DNA from: Dimorphilus gyrociliatus
Lineage: Eukaryota; Animalia; Annelida
DNA: 64,000 nucleotides
Assembly (NCBI GenBank): GCA_904063045.1
Contig: CAJFCJ010000013.1
Location: 356,623-420,622, forward strand
Direction of reading: 5' to 3'
Shown: one piece after another, positions 13,672 through 25,931 of the stretch
How positions within the stretch are numbered: the stretch's first letter is position 1
How the letters are laid out: every line of letters begins with the position of its first letter
Program-made: the position numbers and the translations under genes
Notes under the pieces: generated by a model
What the model saw: the letters and a program-made list of their open reading frames with translations, nothing else
The model's database searches: none
Told to the model about the DNA's origin: nothing

Positions 13672-15576
13672 AACGTTAGTTGGTTTTTTATACTTAATCT
13701 TTCGTTTACCATTTTTCACGATATACTATATATAAATTTATATATCATATTAGGTACAAAAACAATATTTAATTAAAAGATCTATTTTCATCTAATTTTC
13801 TATTTTTTTTCTCTTTTTGTTTTGAAAAATAAAAAGTTCTATATAAAACAACGAAAGAGGTTTTGATAATGAACCAACTTGTTTGCTTTCATTTGATATT
13901 TCACCTGTTTAATTTTCGTATTCTTTTTTTCAAATCATCAGTTTTGTTTTATTTTTTGTTCTTTTTAATATTATTATTATTATTATTATTTTATTTTATG
14001 GTTTCATGTTAATATTAAATATGTGTTTGTTTCGGTTTTGTTTTTATTTCCTTTTTTAACTTTAATTTTAAACAAACCTTTTTCTCTTAAAAAAGAAAAT
14101 ATTACACTCTTATTTTAGTTTTTTTTTTTCTTTCACTTTGAACCTCTTTTTTGACTTACTAATTGCCTTCCAGTTCTCCCTGCCCAAGTTACTGCCGCAC
14201 CAACCGCATTTGTTATGCCGGAGTCGATTGTTGCTCAAAGGGCCGCAGGTAAAGACAATTTTTCTAATTATTCACAGCCGTTGTCCGAGTTTTTGTATTA
14301 TTATCTATGGTATTGGTTTCAAATTAACACTTTCCTACAAGAAATTCACCCCTACTTACCTGTATCTCTCTTTCTCTTTCTATCTGAGCATATGTAAGCT
14401 TTTTTTTCTATGTAAAAATATCAAAATACTCTACGTCTTTGTCTATCTGTATTATCCTCTGTATCAATTAGGAGCGTTATTTTTTAATTAAAGGAGAATA
14501 CTTAAGCTTTTTGATGTTTCTTTTTTGTTTTCTCATCATATTTCTCATGTCTGCGAAAATCAACATTAAGCTTTATTCTATTTTTACTGATTCTAGCTTG
14601 TCAGGCGTTCTAATTTGAAAAATATTAGCCTTTTATTAACATCCCTTTATTTTTTATGTTCTTTTTCTAAATTTTATAATAGACAATACGAAAAAATCGT
14701 TTATATATATATAGAAAGAAAGAGGAGGGAGGGATAAGGGCTCGATAAGAGAGAATGTTAGAAGGGAAGAAAAAATGAATAACATAAACTATCGAAAAAG
14801 TTATGCTAATGGGAAAACGATTGTTAATTGGCATTTTATCTCTTATCGAATCATGTTTATGTAATTTTATACAGGACTATTAAGAGAGTTAATTAACCAA
14901 AAAAAAATACTAGCTCTATTTGTTAAGAAATAAAAGATAAAAAGATGAGATTAGTTTTTTTTTAGCTGACTCATTGCGTAAAACGAAAAAACTACGTTAA
15001 TGTAACATTTTGTGGCAATGCTTTCTTTTATATTTCTTTTTATTTTTATTTTAATAAGGTTTTGATTATAGAATTGTTATGACTTTCTGTATATTTATAT
15101 TATTTTATTATATTTTCTTCATCACCAATCGTTTATAACTCATCGCTCGTGAGCTTTTTTTTTTTTTCGCTGACACTCTGTGAATGCAAAAATTTAATCT
15201 CGATAATGAAAATTGCTCAAGTAACAATATTTTAAAGGCTTAAAATTTGGCCTTTTTTTTATAGATTTAAAATTTTTAGATTAGTAGCTAATTAAGCTTT
15301 TTTTTTTGCCTTTTAATAATAACAGTGATGAGCAACTATGCCGCGGCAGCTTTAGCAGCTCAAACGACGTTTGCCAATCCTGCTACTTCTCCTCTGAATA
15401 GTCGCTTCCCAACGAATAGTCCGTCTGCATTAGACTATATCAATGCCGGAACGATCGATCCTTTAGGACCGTACGTTCACGCAGCGACATCTCCTCAACC
15501 GGTAACGGCTGCCGGATTTGCAACGGGACTGACTACTGGAACGCTAATTCCAACACTACATAATGGCTTCCATTAA
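8675..15576 (+). CDS. MSI: Musashi RNA-binding protein (two RRMs), 10 coding exons
   Basis: Exons 8675-8754, 8840-8880, 9138-9219, 9733-9817, 10935-10991, 11461-11553, 11791-12082, 12986-13042, 14174-14248, 15326-15576 join in frame. Motifs [70 protein letters not shown] and C-terminal TLHNGFH match Musashi. Start could be any of three in-frame ATGs (8675, 8687, 8693). Confidence 0.95.
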
Positions 15577-15850
15577 ACCAAAACACAAAGAAAAGTTTGA
15601 AAAATGAAGGAATGGGATGAAAAAAGTTATTAAATGATATGGATAGTTAAAGGATTGGAAATTATCGATTTTGATTCTTTTGCTCCTTTATCTTCTCCAT
15701 TTTGTGAAAAATAAGTTTTTTCCCACTTCCTCATAGTAATCTTCTCTTCCTTGTTTTGATGAAAAACACATATGTAAACAAAAAAAAAAACAAGAGACAC
15801 CACGATAATTGGCGCTTCCTTATTAAAACAAAAAAATCTTAAAACTACTT

Positions 15851-15880
15851 CTACTACTACTACTACTACTACTACTACTA
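15851..15880. repeat. (CTA)10 trinucleotide repeat
   Basis: Directly visible. Confidence 0.9.
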
Positions 15881-17183
15881 TAAAATATGTATGTTCTAAA
15901 GCAAAAAAACCAAAAAAAAACACAAAAAAGAAGTTTATTTCTTCACACATATCGATTCACTTACGAAATGGTATGTTTAAAATATTTTTTTTGGAATTGA
16001 AAAAAAAACGTATTTCATGAATATTCATGCAACTTTTTTTTTAAAATTTTACCATATTTTCTTTGTCGTTCTCTCAATAATCTACAAAACGTTATTTTAT
16101 ATATATATATATATATATATGTAAAATTTCTTGTGTAGACATACGTTAACATGGTATAATTCTCATCGTTATACGTACCGTTTGCATCGTTTATCGACAT
16201 TGTTCATCATCCGCTGATTCCGCTCCAGTATAAAGCAATAATATTTTATATAAACTTTTTAATATATATATTTCGTTCAAAAAAAATAATCTTTTTTTTT
16301 TCCTTGTTACGTAATGTACGTCTATACTTTATGTTTTTTTTCTTTTCTTTTTTCATCATTCGTTTTATTGTCATTTAAACAACTTTTTTTGGTTTTTTTT
16401 CAATTTCTATCTTTCTCTCTCTCTATATTTATATTTGTATACTTATATTATATGATTATAAGTATATAAATATATTTGTACGTATATGTATATCTCTATC
16501 TAACAATTCTATATTAATATATATATATATATATGTATATATATATGTATGTATATATATGTATATATCTTTCTGTAACGGTATACGAAAAATTTGTAAA
16601 TATGGTTGTAACAACGTACTTGTCGTTGTCGTCCCATTGTAAGAAATATTCTTAATAACCTACTCCAACATTTACATCTATATATTTATAATTTCCCCAT
16701 TCCTACTTTCTACAGTAGCCTTTTAATCCTGTTTTTAAATATGTATGTATATGTATACGCATATATACAGTTTATATGTATACATACTTTTTGTGTTTCA
16801 TCTTTTTTCCAATTGCCTTAAAAAGAAACAATAATATGATCATCATTTCCTTAATAGTAATTTATATATACCTTTATATATATATATATTAATAGTTTTA
16901 TTCAATTTGTTTTCTTTTTTGGAAAAATCTCACAATAACTGCGGCTATATATGTGTAATGCTGACAAACATTTATCAGAGTTCTTGTTATTAAGTTTGTT
17001 TTTCTTGTTCGATATATTCGTGCGCGTGAAAGAACGTTTTTTTTTCTGGTTGATAATTGTGTTCCTACCGTTTTTTCCATTTTTTTTTAAATATTTTTAA
17101 ACGAAAAAAGTCTAATTTTTTGAATATTTTTTTTTAATATAGTAAAATGTTCTTTTGAAACCAAGTAATATAACTATACTATA

Positions 17184-17186
<3 letters not shown>

Positions 17187-17225
<39 letters not shown>
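17187..17225. repeat. (TA)n microsatellite, one of many in the window
   Basis: Directly visible. Confidence 0.9.
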
Positions 17226-17228
<3 letters not shown>

Positions 17229-19841
17229 GTTAAAATGATATTTCCAACTTTAAAGGTTTCTTTTTCATGTGAAATTTTTTTTTTCTCCCTTAGCCCTTTT
17301 TTTTTACTTCATTCCTCCTACTCTAACCAACCCCCTACTCATCTCCGTTCCCCATACTTCCCTCATTAGCTTTTAATATTTTTCTTTTTTATAAAAATTT
17401 TTTTGTTTTATACCTATGCGCATGTATTTATATACATATTTCTTATTAATAATCATTATATTGTTTATTTAGTTTTATCCTTGTCGCATTTACATTCTAT
17501 CGTTGCGTTTCTAGAATTACTAAACACACATTTTTTTTTATTTTGTCTTAAAAAAAAATGCTATACCTAAATCGTTTTAAGTGAAAATAATATGCTTGAA
17601 ATCGTTATACCTGTACATGGTGTATATTATTTTTATTGCATGCAAAAAACAGCATCAGGTTCTTTTGTTGGACGTAGAGTTCTCTCGTTTCAATGGGTTT
17701 TTTTTGTACGGTTTTTTTCGTATTTTTTGTTCACAACTTTATATTTCATATCCCTGTTCGACAACTACGTAATGTAAAAGGCCTACAGTTTACACGTGTA
17801 TAGTTTTGCATGACTATATATTTTATATATACAATATATATATATATATATATATGTATTGTATATTTATTGGAAAAAAGACAAACATTATTCAAATCTC
17901 GATTATTGTTACCAGTATTGATTGCGAGATATTTTTATTCTCTTCATTTTACTTGTTATTTTAAGTATTTTAAACGATATAAAAAATAAAAGTCATTCAG
18001 TAGTCGCATCTCGAAGTGAAAAAAATAGCCAATTCGGAGGGAGATTATTATCGAATGGCAATAAATTAATATTGTGTTAATAATAAAAAAAGGCGATATT
18101 CGTATTGAAAGAGGTTTGCTGTTGTATTTATACAGTAAGGATTTATTAATTTTGAGTAAAAATAAAGTGAAAAAAAAATTCTCCTGTCGCTACTGAATGA
18201 TTTTTTGTCTCTGAACAAATGACTTAATATACCTCTATGCGTGCTTTTTTTATTTGGCTGCTGCCGATGATCTGGTCACCGCTTAAGGTGCTGATCGCAC
18301 CAAAGTTCTGCTATGCGTTATATGTTATATATGTATAAATATATACGTATATACATATTCATGTGTATGTGTATATTTATATTTATATATATGTATATGT
18401 ATGTATTTATAAATATGTATACGCACGCACAGTTTATATATATATATATGTATGTATATATATATATAAATAGTAAAAAGCATATTGTAGTTATTTTGTT
18501 TTTATGCCTGTTCAAAACATAGGATATGTGATTTTGTGGAAAATTTGACAATTTTAGAGGGTTTCAAGGTCACATCGAAAAGTATTATATAGGATCAAAA
18601 GATAGGGGATAAAAAGTAATATATATATATATATATATATATCGTATTGATAGACAACAAAAAAAAGATAATAAGAGAGTGAGAGAGAGAGAGAAAGAAA
18701 GAAATAATTTAAAAGAAAAAAAAGATGAAGAGGGAAAAAGATTTTAAATAAAAAGTCCCTTTTCCAAACTGTTTATTATAATAACAACAACAAAAAGCAT
18801 TTATATAGTAGAAAGTATATTTTATTAAAAAGCTATGATTATAAAATTCCTTTCGATTAGCGCCTTAAACCCGATCCAAAATCACGCACAATTTCCTATG
18901 TTTATTGTTCTTCATTGCGTTCGGCGCTTGGTTGATGCTCACAAAGAATAGGCGCTTTACTGTTTGAAAAAAAAATTAAACGTTTTTTTTTTAATATTAT
19001 TAATACTCTGAGCCTGTGCGTTTCTTTTACAAATAGGTGTATATGTCTATATATATATATGTCTATATATATATACTTATATTCCTATCTCTACACATAT
19101 ATTTATACTTTTTGTTCCATTTTACTTGTTTTTTTTTTTGTTTTTATTGTATTACTAAAAAGCTATAAGAAAAATAATTTCGGTTTCAAAGTTTGTCTTT
19201 CTCTTTTTTTTTAAAAGAAAAAAATTATAAAGATAACTTTACCGATATTTTGTAAACTTGAGTTGACAAGCAATAAAAAAAGCCGAATTTTTATTATAAA
19301 ACAAACAATGTACAGTCGAAAAAAGAAAATGTGTTGTGCATCATGTCTACAGTCTACTGTATTATAAATATAACCGCATATTACATATTCTCATGATATA
19401 TATGTTGTTATCGGAGTTTCTATGTACCAACGACCCTATGCAAACGACTGACTGTTCTCTGTTAATCCCTCACCTTCAAAAAATAAAAACGAAAAGAAAA
19501 TCACAAAAATTTCTCAAATGTCATTCGAGTCATACATAAAGTACGCGTTTTTACGCGCCTAAGTGCATTTTTACACTGTACTTTGTATCCGCTCAGTACA
19601 CTAGGAAACGCTTAATAACTCGTAGAGAGGGAGGGAGGGAAGGAGAGAGAGAGAAAGAGAAAGAAAAAGAAAGAAACGTTTGGGCTATAAATTCATGATA
19701 TTTACATATTTATATCTGATTTTTTGCTGGTGTTTTTCCTTTTTTCTCTATTTTTCATTTCTCCATTTATTTTGTCTATCTATCTATCTATCTCTCTATC
19801 TATCTATCAATCATCTATATATTAATTCCATTCTTTCTCTT

Positions 19842-19881
<40 letters not shown>

Positions 19882-19892
19882 GTTATAATTGG

Positions 19893-19975
19893 ACGACGCC
19901 ATCTTGAGGGCGATCGATATTGGATGAATAGCGTCTGATTTTTGTGCAGTTGGTGCAGGCGGCGTACTTCCGGCG
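19893..19975. promoter_or_regulatory. GC-rich promoter-like island with CTCF/YY1-like and ETS motifs
   Basis: CCTCAAGATGGCG on the minus strand (19897-19909) and ACTTCCGG at 19966-19973 in AT-rich surroundings. Confidence 0.35.
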
Positions 19976-20222
19976 ACGCAGCAGCTTTACAGCTTTTCAT
20001 CTAGCTAGCCACAACTACATTCCCTCTCTCTACCTCCCTCCCCTTTTTTCTCTTTTTCGTCATCTCCATCCCGCCCTCCTTTTTCTGCCTCTTCATTGCA
20101 CTCTTTATCTTTTATCCAATTTCATCCATTTTCAATTTCTCTATCATCTTTCCATTCTTTTCCTCGACGCCTCCTCTGTAATTATCTTTGTCATATTTAC
20201 GTAGAATTTAAATCCTAATGAG

Positions 20223-22508
20223 ATGCTTGTCCAGTTCGCACTAATGGTAGCAATTTTCCATCGTTCGATTGTCGATTTAGCGCCACATGAGGTCGAAGAA
20301 TGTGTCGCGCGACCTAAGCGCATTATAGCATTCGTTAACGAGTTCCCTCTCGAGTGGCCTACTTTTTATCCGCTTTCATCAATAAGGGAGACTGATACAT
20401 ATATTCGAACATGTAGCTTATACGTATAGACCAAATTATGTACAAAGATACATTGTACGCTATCCATTTGATATTAATCTAATACATGAATACTGCGCAT
20501 AGTCCGTCCGTTTATAGCATAAATCGGTAGACAATTATGTTTATATGATATACATATACACTTGCGCACATAAACTGGGATGTATAGAAATATTCTATAT
20601 ACATAGTCAGAAGACAACAAAGGGATATAAATAGAAGAATGAATATTAGAGAGCTCATCACATGAATCGGTCCATGTGACAAGCATAAAGGAAACTCAAG
20701 CTGTTCAGGTATCTGAATTGTTTCAAGTTGAAAAAAATTTCGCAATCGGCAGCCTCTCATCTTTAAATTACCGTAAACGAACGCCATTACGAGTGGATGA
20801 TTAAAGGAGGCCGTAGACGCTTCATTAATATTTCTATAATATTATATTTCTTCGATTACTCTCCTTTTCGTAAAGAGTTCTATCGAACCGTAAACAAATA
20901 ACATTGGAGCAGCGAGCTCGCTTGCGTAAAGCACCGATTCGCTCTCGGTCACTGTATTTATGTGTATCTCTGCCTCTCTTTTCGTTTCCCATTTCAATTT
21001 CTCCCTTATCAATTCGTTTTCGTCTCCCTGTCTTTATCTCTCGTCCCTCTATATGTCTCTTTTCCCCATTCTATTCCGATTAGTGCACATATCTTTTTTC
21101 TCTTTTCCCACTTCTCTTCTTCTCTTTCAATTCGATAACATAGTTCGAGTCTTAAACAAATATTCGATCGATCGTATGGCGAACAATCGCGGTTTATTAC
21201 CCGTAATTCGCATTCTTATCTTATCAAAATATATACACAACACATATACACACATACACAGAAATGTATACATATTTGAACGGATAATATACAAATATAT
21301 CTGAAAAACTATATATATATATATATATTATATTGTATATGTCCAAATATAAATGTATATATACCCACAACATTGATCGACCAATTCCAATTATACGAAC
21401 ATTTATAGAATCATCAAAGCTCTACGCCGTGTGCATACATTCCGTTCTAATTACATTCTACGATCATAATTACATATCAATCAATATATAATTATCATTA
21501 GCCACATGATCCCAAATTTTCGTATGAGACTTTATGTTTTCGTGTTTAGTTTGAGGTTCGCTTTAAGAAAATAAATAGCTCTAGGTTAAGAAGTAGCATG
21601 AAAAAGGAAAGAGGAAAAAGGAAAGAGAAGAGAATGGAAAGGAAAATAAAGAGAGGGAAAGAGTGAGGGAGTGAGATAAATAGAAATTGAAAAAGCGTAG
21701 TCTGTGACGAAGGAGTAAAAGAGAGAAGAAAGTAAAAATAGACTGAAAAAAAGAGAGAAAAAGGAGAAAAGATATATATATATATATATATATACATGTA
21801 CATGGATGGATAGATGAATGAATGGAAAGATGGATGGATAGAAAGAAAGGAAGGTTATTTAAAAAAAAAGAATCCATAAAAAGTACACGACTCTTTCGTG
21901 GAAAGGAGAAGGAGGCTAAAGACAAATTTTATATACATTAGGTGCCTTTTAGCGTTAAAAAAGAATATCGAACGCTTTTCCTTTCAATTAACAGATCTTT
22001 CGATACAAATCAGTAAGCTAGTAAATTGCCTTAGTGTTCAGAGTTGTAACATTAAATTCTTGCATTCTATTGTAATAAACAATATTAACCAATGCGATGG
22101 GCGTTACACTAGAGGGTAAATAAGAACGTCTCTCAGCATTGGATTGACGCTTATTTTCTTTACTTCTCTTTTCTCCTTTTTTTTCCCCCTTTAAGTCGGT
22201 CAGAATAAACTATGGCGCCATCTTACTGATTGTAATCTAAATTTGTAGATACATACACTCTCCATTTATTATACTGCAAAGTCTAAGGTTTTCTATTCAT
22301 CGGTTTTTTTTTTATTATAAGTCGAATAAAAAACGTATTAATTCCTTTACATTCAAACAGGAAATAGTACTTTTTTTATTCTATTTATAGACAATCCTTA
22401 ATAATTTATTTTCTTCCCAAGTGGTTAGTAATTCCTGTAGTGCCCTTTATTTACGATCCGTTTATTCGATGGTTACGATTCAATGAAGAAGGCTACGACT
22501 ATAACTAG
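20223..22508 (+). CDS. Tentative hidden multi-exon gene, possibly a secreted Cys-containing helical protein of about 160-175 aa
   Basis: Phase-compatible chain: ATG 20223 (MLVQFALMVAIFH, weak donor), 20650-20772, 21144-21202, 21502-21521, 21942-22115, then either 22322-22334 plus 22422-22508 or 22429-22486. No recognisable family; first and last exons are ambiguous. Confidence 0.3.
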
Positions 22509-22528
22509 TCAGATTTGAAAAAAAAAAT

Positions 22529-22563
<35 letters not shown>

Positions 22564-23852
22564 AGAAATAACAATTGCAAATAATCAAGTCAGAGAGAGA
22601 GAGAGAGAGAGAAAAAAACGAAGGAGAAATAATAAAGAGAGAGAGAACGAGAGAGGCAGATAGACAGACAGGCATAGAGAGATCTGATATATATCAATCG
22701 AGATTTATTTATTTAAATACATCTAATACCTTTAACAAAGTTCACATTTACAAGACAAATAAAAAACTATCATCAGACAGTTCAATTGTCTTTCAAATCT
22801 CCTAACGTCTGTTTCTGTATGTATAGTATCTACTTCTCTCTCTCTCTCTCTGCCTTGCTCTCTGGCTATCCATCCATCCATCTATCTATCTATCCGTTCT
22901 TCTCTCTATCTCTTTTTGTATCCTTTTTTTCTAACATACACAAAGAAAGGAGGTCAGTAAGCACTTTATTGACATTAAAAACGATACAATTTTTCCTTTA
23001 GCCAATATTTCAGATTATAAAGCCCGTAAAAATCCATGGAGAATTGTGGATGAACCTTATCAACTTATCCAATAATTTAAGGTCTTAAGCTATTGATTAC
23101 TGGTTATTTTGGATATTTACTAAAACTTCTTGTCACATCAATTTATTAAATCATTACTTTTCGCTTATTAAATAAAATATATAACTATTAAATTTCGTTA
23201 ACCAATTTAGTCAGTAATTATTAAAATTAGTTGAGGAGTATTAGATCTCTTCTCTATCTCACTCTCTCTCTTCCTTGTTATTTCCTCTTTCTCCTTTGCA
23301 CTTCTTCCTAACATTGTAAAATTTAAAAGTGACTTTTCTTTTGTTATCAACGTGAAAGAGTTAGTATTTTTATATAATATTCATACACTTCCGGTTCATT
23401 CATTTATTTCTATTTCCATAAATTTTCGGTAAATAAAAAATGTAAAGTAACGGTTATCGATTAGGTGAGAATAGTTGTATGCGTTTCTTTATATTAAAAA
23501 GTCGTAATATTTTATTCCTAAGCCCTTTTTATCTTTTTGTTCCTTTACCTTATAAGTTTCTTTCATTCATTTATTCATTCATTCAGCCATTCATTCATTC
23601 GTTCCCTAGTTGTTTTTTATTTTCCCTCTCTCTCTCTCGCGCGCGCTCTCTCTCTCGCTCTCTCGCCTTTTCCTATTCTTTTAACTTTTCATTCTTCCTT
23701 TGTATGTCTGTGTTTTCTTTGGTTTGTTTGTACGTCTATAAACACAATGTACATTTCCCCTTTTCAGTTAAAAATAAACAAGATTAGCAACTTTTTTTCA
23801 GAAGACCATATTGTGAATTTTTATTTTGTTAGTCCAATACAGTACAAGTATA

Positions 23853-24501
23853 TTAAGCAACTCTTTCGTAGCATCTAGTCGCCTCTATGCCGTTGCAGCT
23901 GAGAGTCTGCAAAAGGGGAGTAAACAATGAAAACACTGCAAATACTCAACATTTACAAAACATTAACCAGAAGTATTCGGCCACCGTCGATTATTTTAGA
24001 TGTTAAGTGTGCTTCGTACGGCCCAGTGTCGTTAAAATGAAATTCTCCATCTTTAAATTCGGTTAGGCGCTACAAAAAAGAAGCATCGAATATGAAAGGC
24101 GTCTCTCGTAAAATTTAATAATCTAAATAAGCGTCTATAATCTGACTAGCTTCTTTATACTCTCATTCTATTTACCGTAACCGTTCTCTTGTCGAGAGTT
24201 TGAATTTCGGTTGGTTCTCCCAACTTTAGAGAGATTTTATAAGTCTCCTTTCCACCAACTTCGACTGTCATATTCACAACATTGCCCTGAATATACATAA
24301 AAACTGCAAAATTTCCTTCATGAATATTTATATACTCACTTCAATACCGACTTTTTCTACCAAATTTGGAGCAATATTACCACTTTTTATATGTTCTCTC
24401 ACGCGTTCGACGAAATCCGCTTCAGCTCCGGTTGCCGTTAAATAATCGCAAAAATTCTCGCTTACCGATACTGGTTTCCATTCACCGCAAAACGCTTCCA
24501 T
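23853..24501 (-). CDS. Fatty acid-binding protein-like (intracellular lipid-binding calycin), 142 aa, 4 exons; not in the ORF track
   Basis: Exons 24501-24340, 24286-24176, 24069-23968, 23906-23853, all phase 0. Protein begins MEAFCGEWKPVSVSENFCDYLTATG, has KLGEPTEIQTLDKRTVT and ends TLSCNGIEATRCYERVA. Two introns sit at canonical FABP positions. Confidence 0.88.
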
Positions 24502-24599
24502 ATCTTCTGCTAAATATACAACCGCCTTTACAAACAGACATTAGAGAATTCGCACTGATTTGCCTAGTTTTAACGGTTATAATAAAAAAAAACAACTAG

Positions 24600-24790
24600 T
24601 ACAGGAAAAGCGAGTTAGATGAAGGGGAGGGACTGAACGGGGAGCGAACAGTTCTAGGAAGAATGGAAATAAAACTGAAAAGTAGGTCAATTCTCTATCT
24701 TTCTACCTCACTATCTCTCTTAGTCTCTCACTCTCTGCTCAGTACGGTTTGCCAACTGCTTCTGTTGCTTCATTCTTCAAGGTAATTAGA
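24600..24790. promoter_or_regulatory. Probable bidirectional promoter between the two FABP-like genes
   Basis: Back-to-back TCAGT initiator-like motifs (minus 24632-24636, plus 24739-24743); plus-strand 5' UTR donor AG/GTAATT at 24781-24782; CTCF-like CCAGCAGATGGCG at 24854-24866 nearby. Confidence 0.4.
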
Positions 24791-25160
24791 TTCCAAAGCA
24801 GCCGCGCCTAGAATACAGTTTGTCCCATTTGACAAAAACAAATTTACGCGGAACCAGCAGATGGCGACTCCAAACAGAGCTGTTTTAAAATATTATATTA
24901 AGATATATTAAGATATATAAATATGTAATGCATATATTTGCATATATATATATATATATGCAAATAAGCTCTATCCTCTTTTTGATTTATGACCTTAAAT
25001 TTTTTATTTTTGAATTTTTTTATGACTTTCGAATGATAATATAAAAAGAGGAAAAGTCACGCTAAAGGACCATTTAGATAAGGTTAACTCCTAACTTAAA
25101 ACTCTACATTTACGAGTCAGTAAATAGAAAGAAAGAAAAGGAAACTCTTAAACGTTAAAT

Positions 25161-25764
25161 ATGGAAAAATTCGTCGGTAAATGGGAACTTGCTGAAAATG
25201 CTGGTGATATGAGAAGCTATTTAAGACACTTAAACACTTCGGAATCTGATATCGAACAGTTTAGCTCTATCTTAACAGATATTGGCAAACTTTGCCAACA
25301 AGCCGTTTTAGAAGGAGACGACGATCTCCTTGTTACAGTTATCCACGATGGTAATAATAAAAAAAATAAGATCGTTACACAAACAAAAACAAGATATTGA
25401 GTAGTTGTCAATAATTTTTTTGTTGTTTTTTTCCTAATTTTAGGAGAAGTACTGGATGAAGATCATCTAAAATTGGGGACAAATTTTGAAGCAAAAACTC
25501 ATGATGGAAGAGATATAATCTATTCGACAACAATCGATGGAGGCGTACTAACTATTATTGAATCCGGAGCCTACGAAGCAACAACGATTATGGAAGTGGA
25601 AGGTGACGCCCTATATTCAGTAAGATAATTAATATATTTTAAAATATTCAAGCTTTTATTTATCGCAATTATTTTCTAATATACTGTTTTTTAACATATA
25701 GAAATTGATTGCTGGAAAAGGGGACAACTCGATAGTTGTTGAGCGAAAATACATTAGAGTATGA
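25161..25764 (+). CDS. Fatty acid-binding protein-like, 142 aa, 3 exons
   Basis: Exons 25161-25350, 25444-25619, 25702-25764. N-terminal MEKFVGKWEL, central KLGTNFEAKTHDGR, C-terminal VVERKYIRV; AATAAA near 25789. Confidence 0.85.
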
Positions 25765-25931
25765 ACTCAACATGAGTAGATTCTATTAAATAAAAAATTT
25801 TTTATCTGTTTGCGTACTGTCTGGTGTTAATATAAAAAAAGAGACGTTTTTTATATCTTGAATACAACTCACTTGCAAAAGTGTATAAAAGGCAAAGAAA
25901 TAAGAACATTAAGTGTAGTCTGTAAGCGAAA

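Larger units (their letters stand above)
15577..19280 (+). other. Probable long AU-rich 3' UTR of Musashi
   Basis: About 3.7 kb without a credible ORF, rich in U-tracts and (TA)n; candidate AATAAA at 19272. The end point is a guess. Confidence 0.4.

Noticed and set aside
15577-19280. Musashi autoregulation inferred from about ten (G/A)U1-3AGU sites in its own 3' region
   Set aside because: At this AT content roughly that many ATAGT/GTAGT matches are expected by chance in 3.7 kb.
19815-22120. Minus-strand gene or TAA/TAG-to-Gln recoding suggested by protein-like minus frames with stops
   Set aside because: The stops are the in-register complements of Leu codons (TTA/CTA) in open plus-strand frames, and all confident genes here use TAA, TAG and TGA as stops.
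25765-25931. Operon-like polycistronic FABP to MS4A transcript
   Set aside because: The gap has its own AATAAA and TATAAAA and no clear U-rich trans-splice acceptor.
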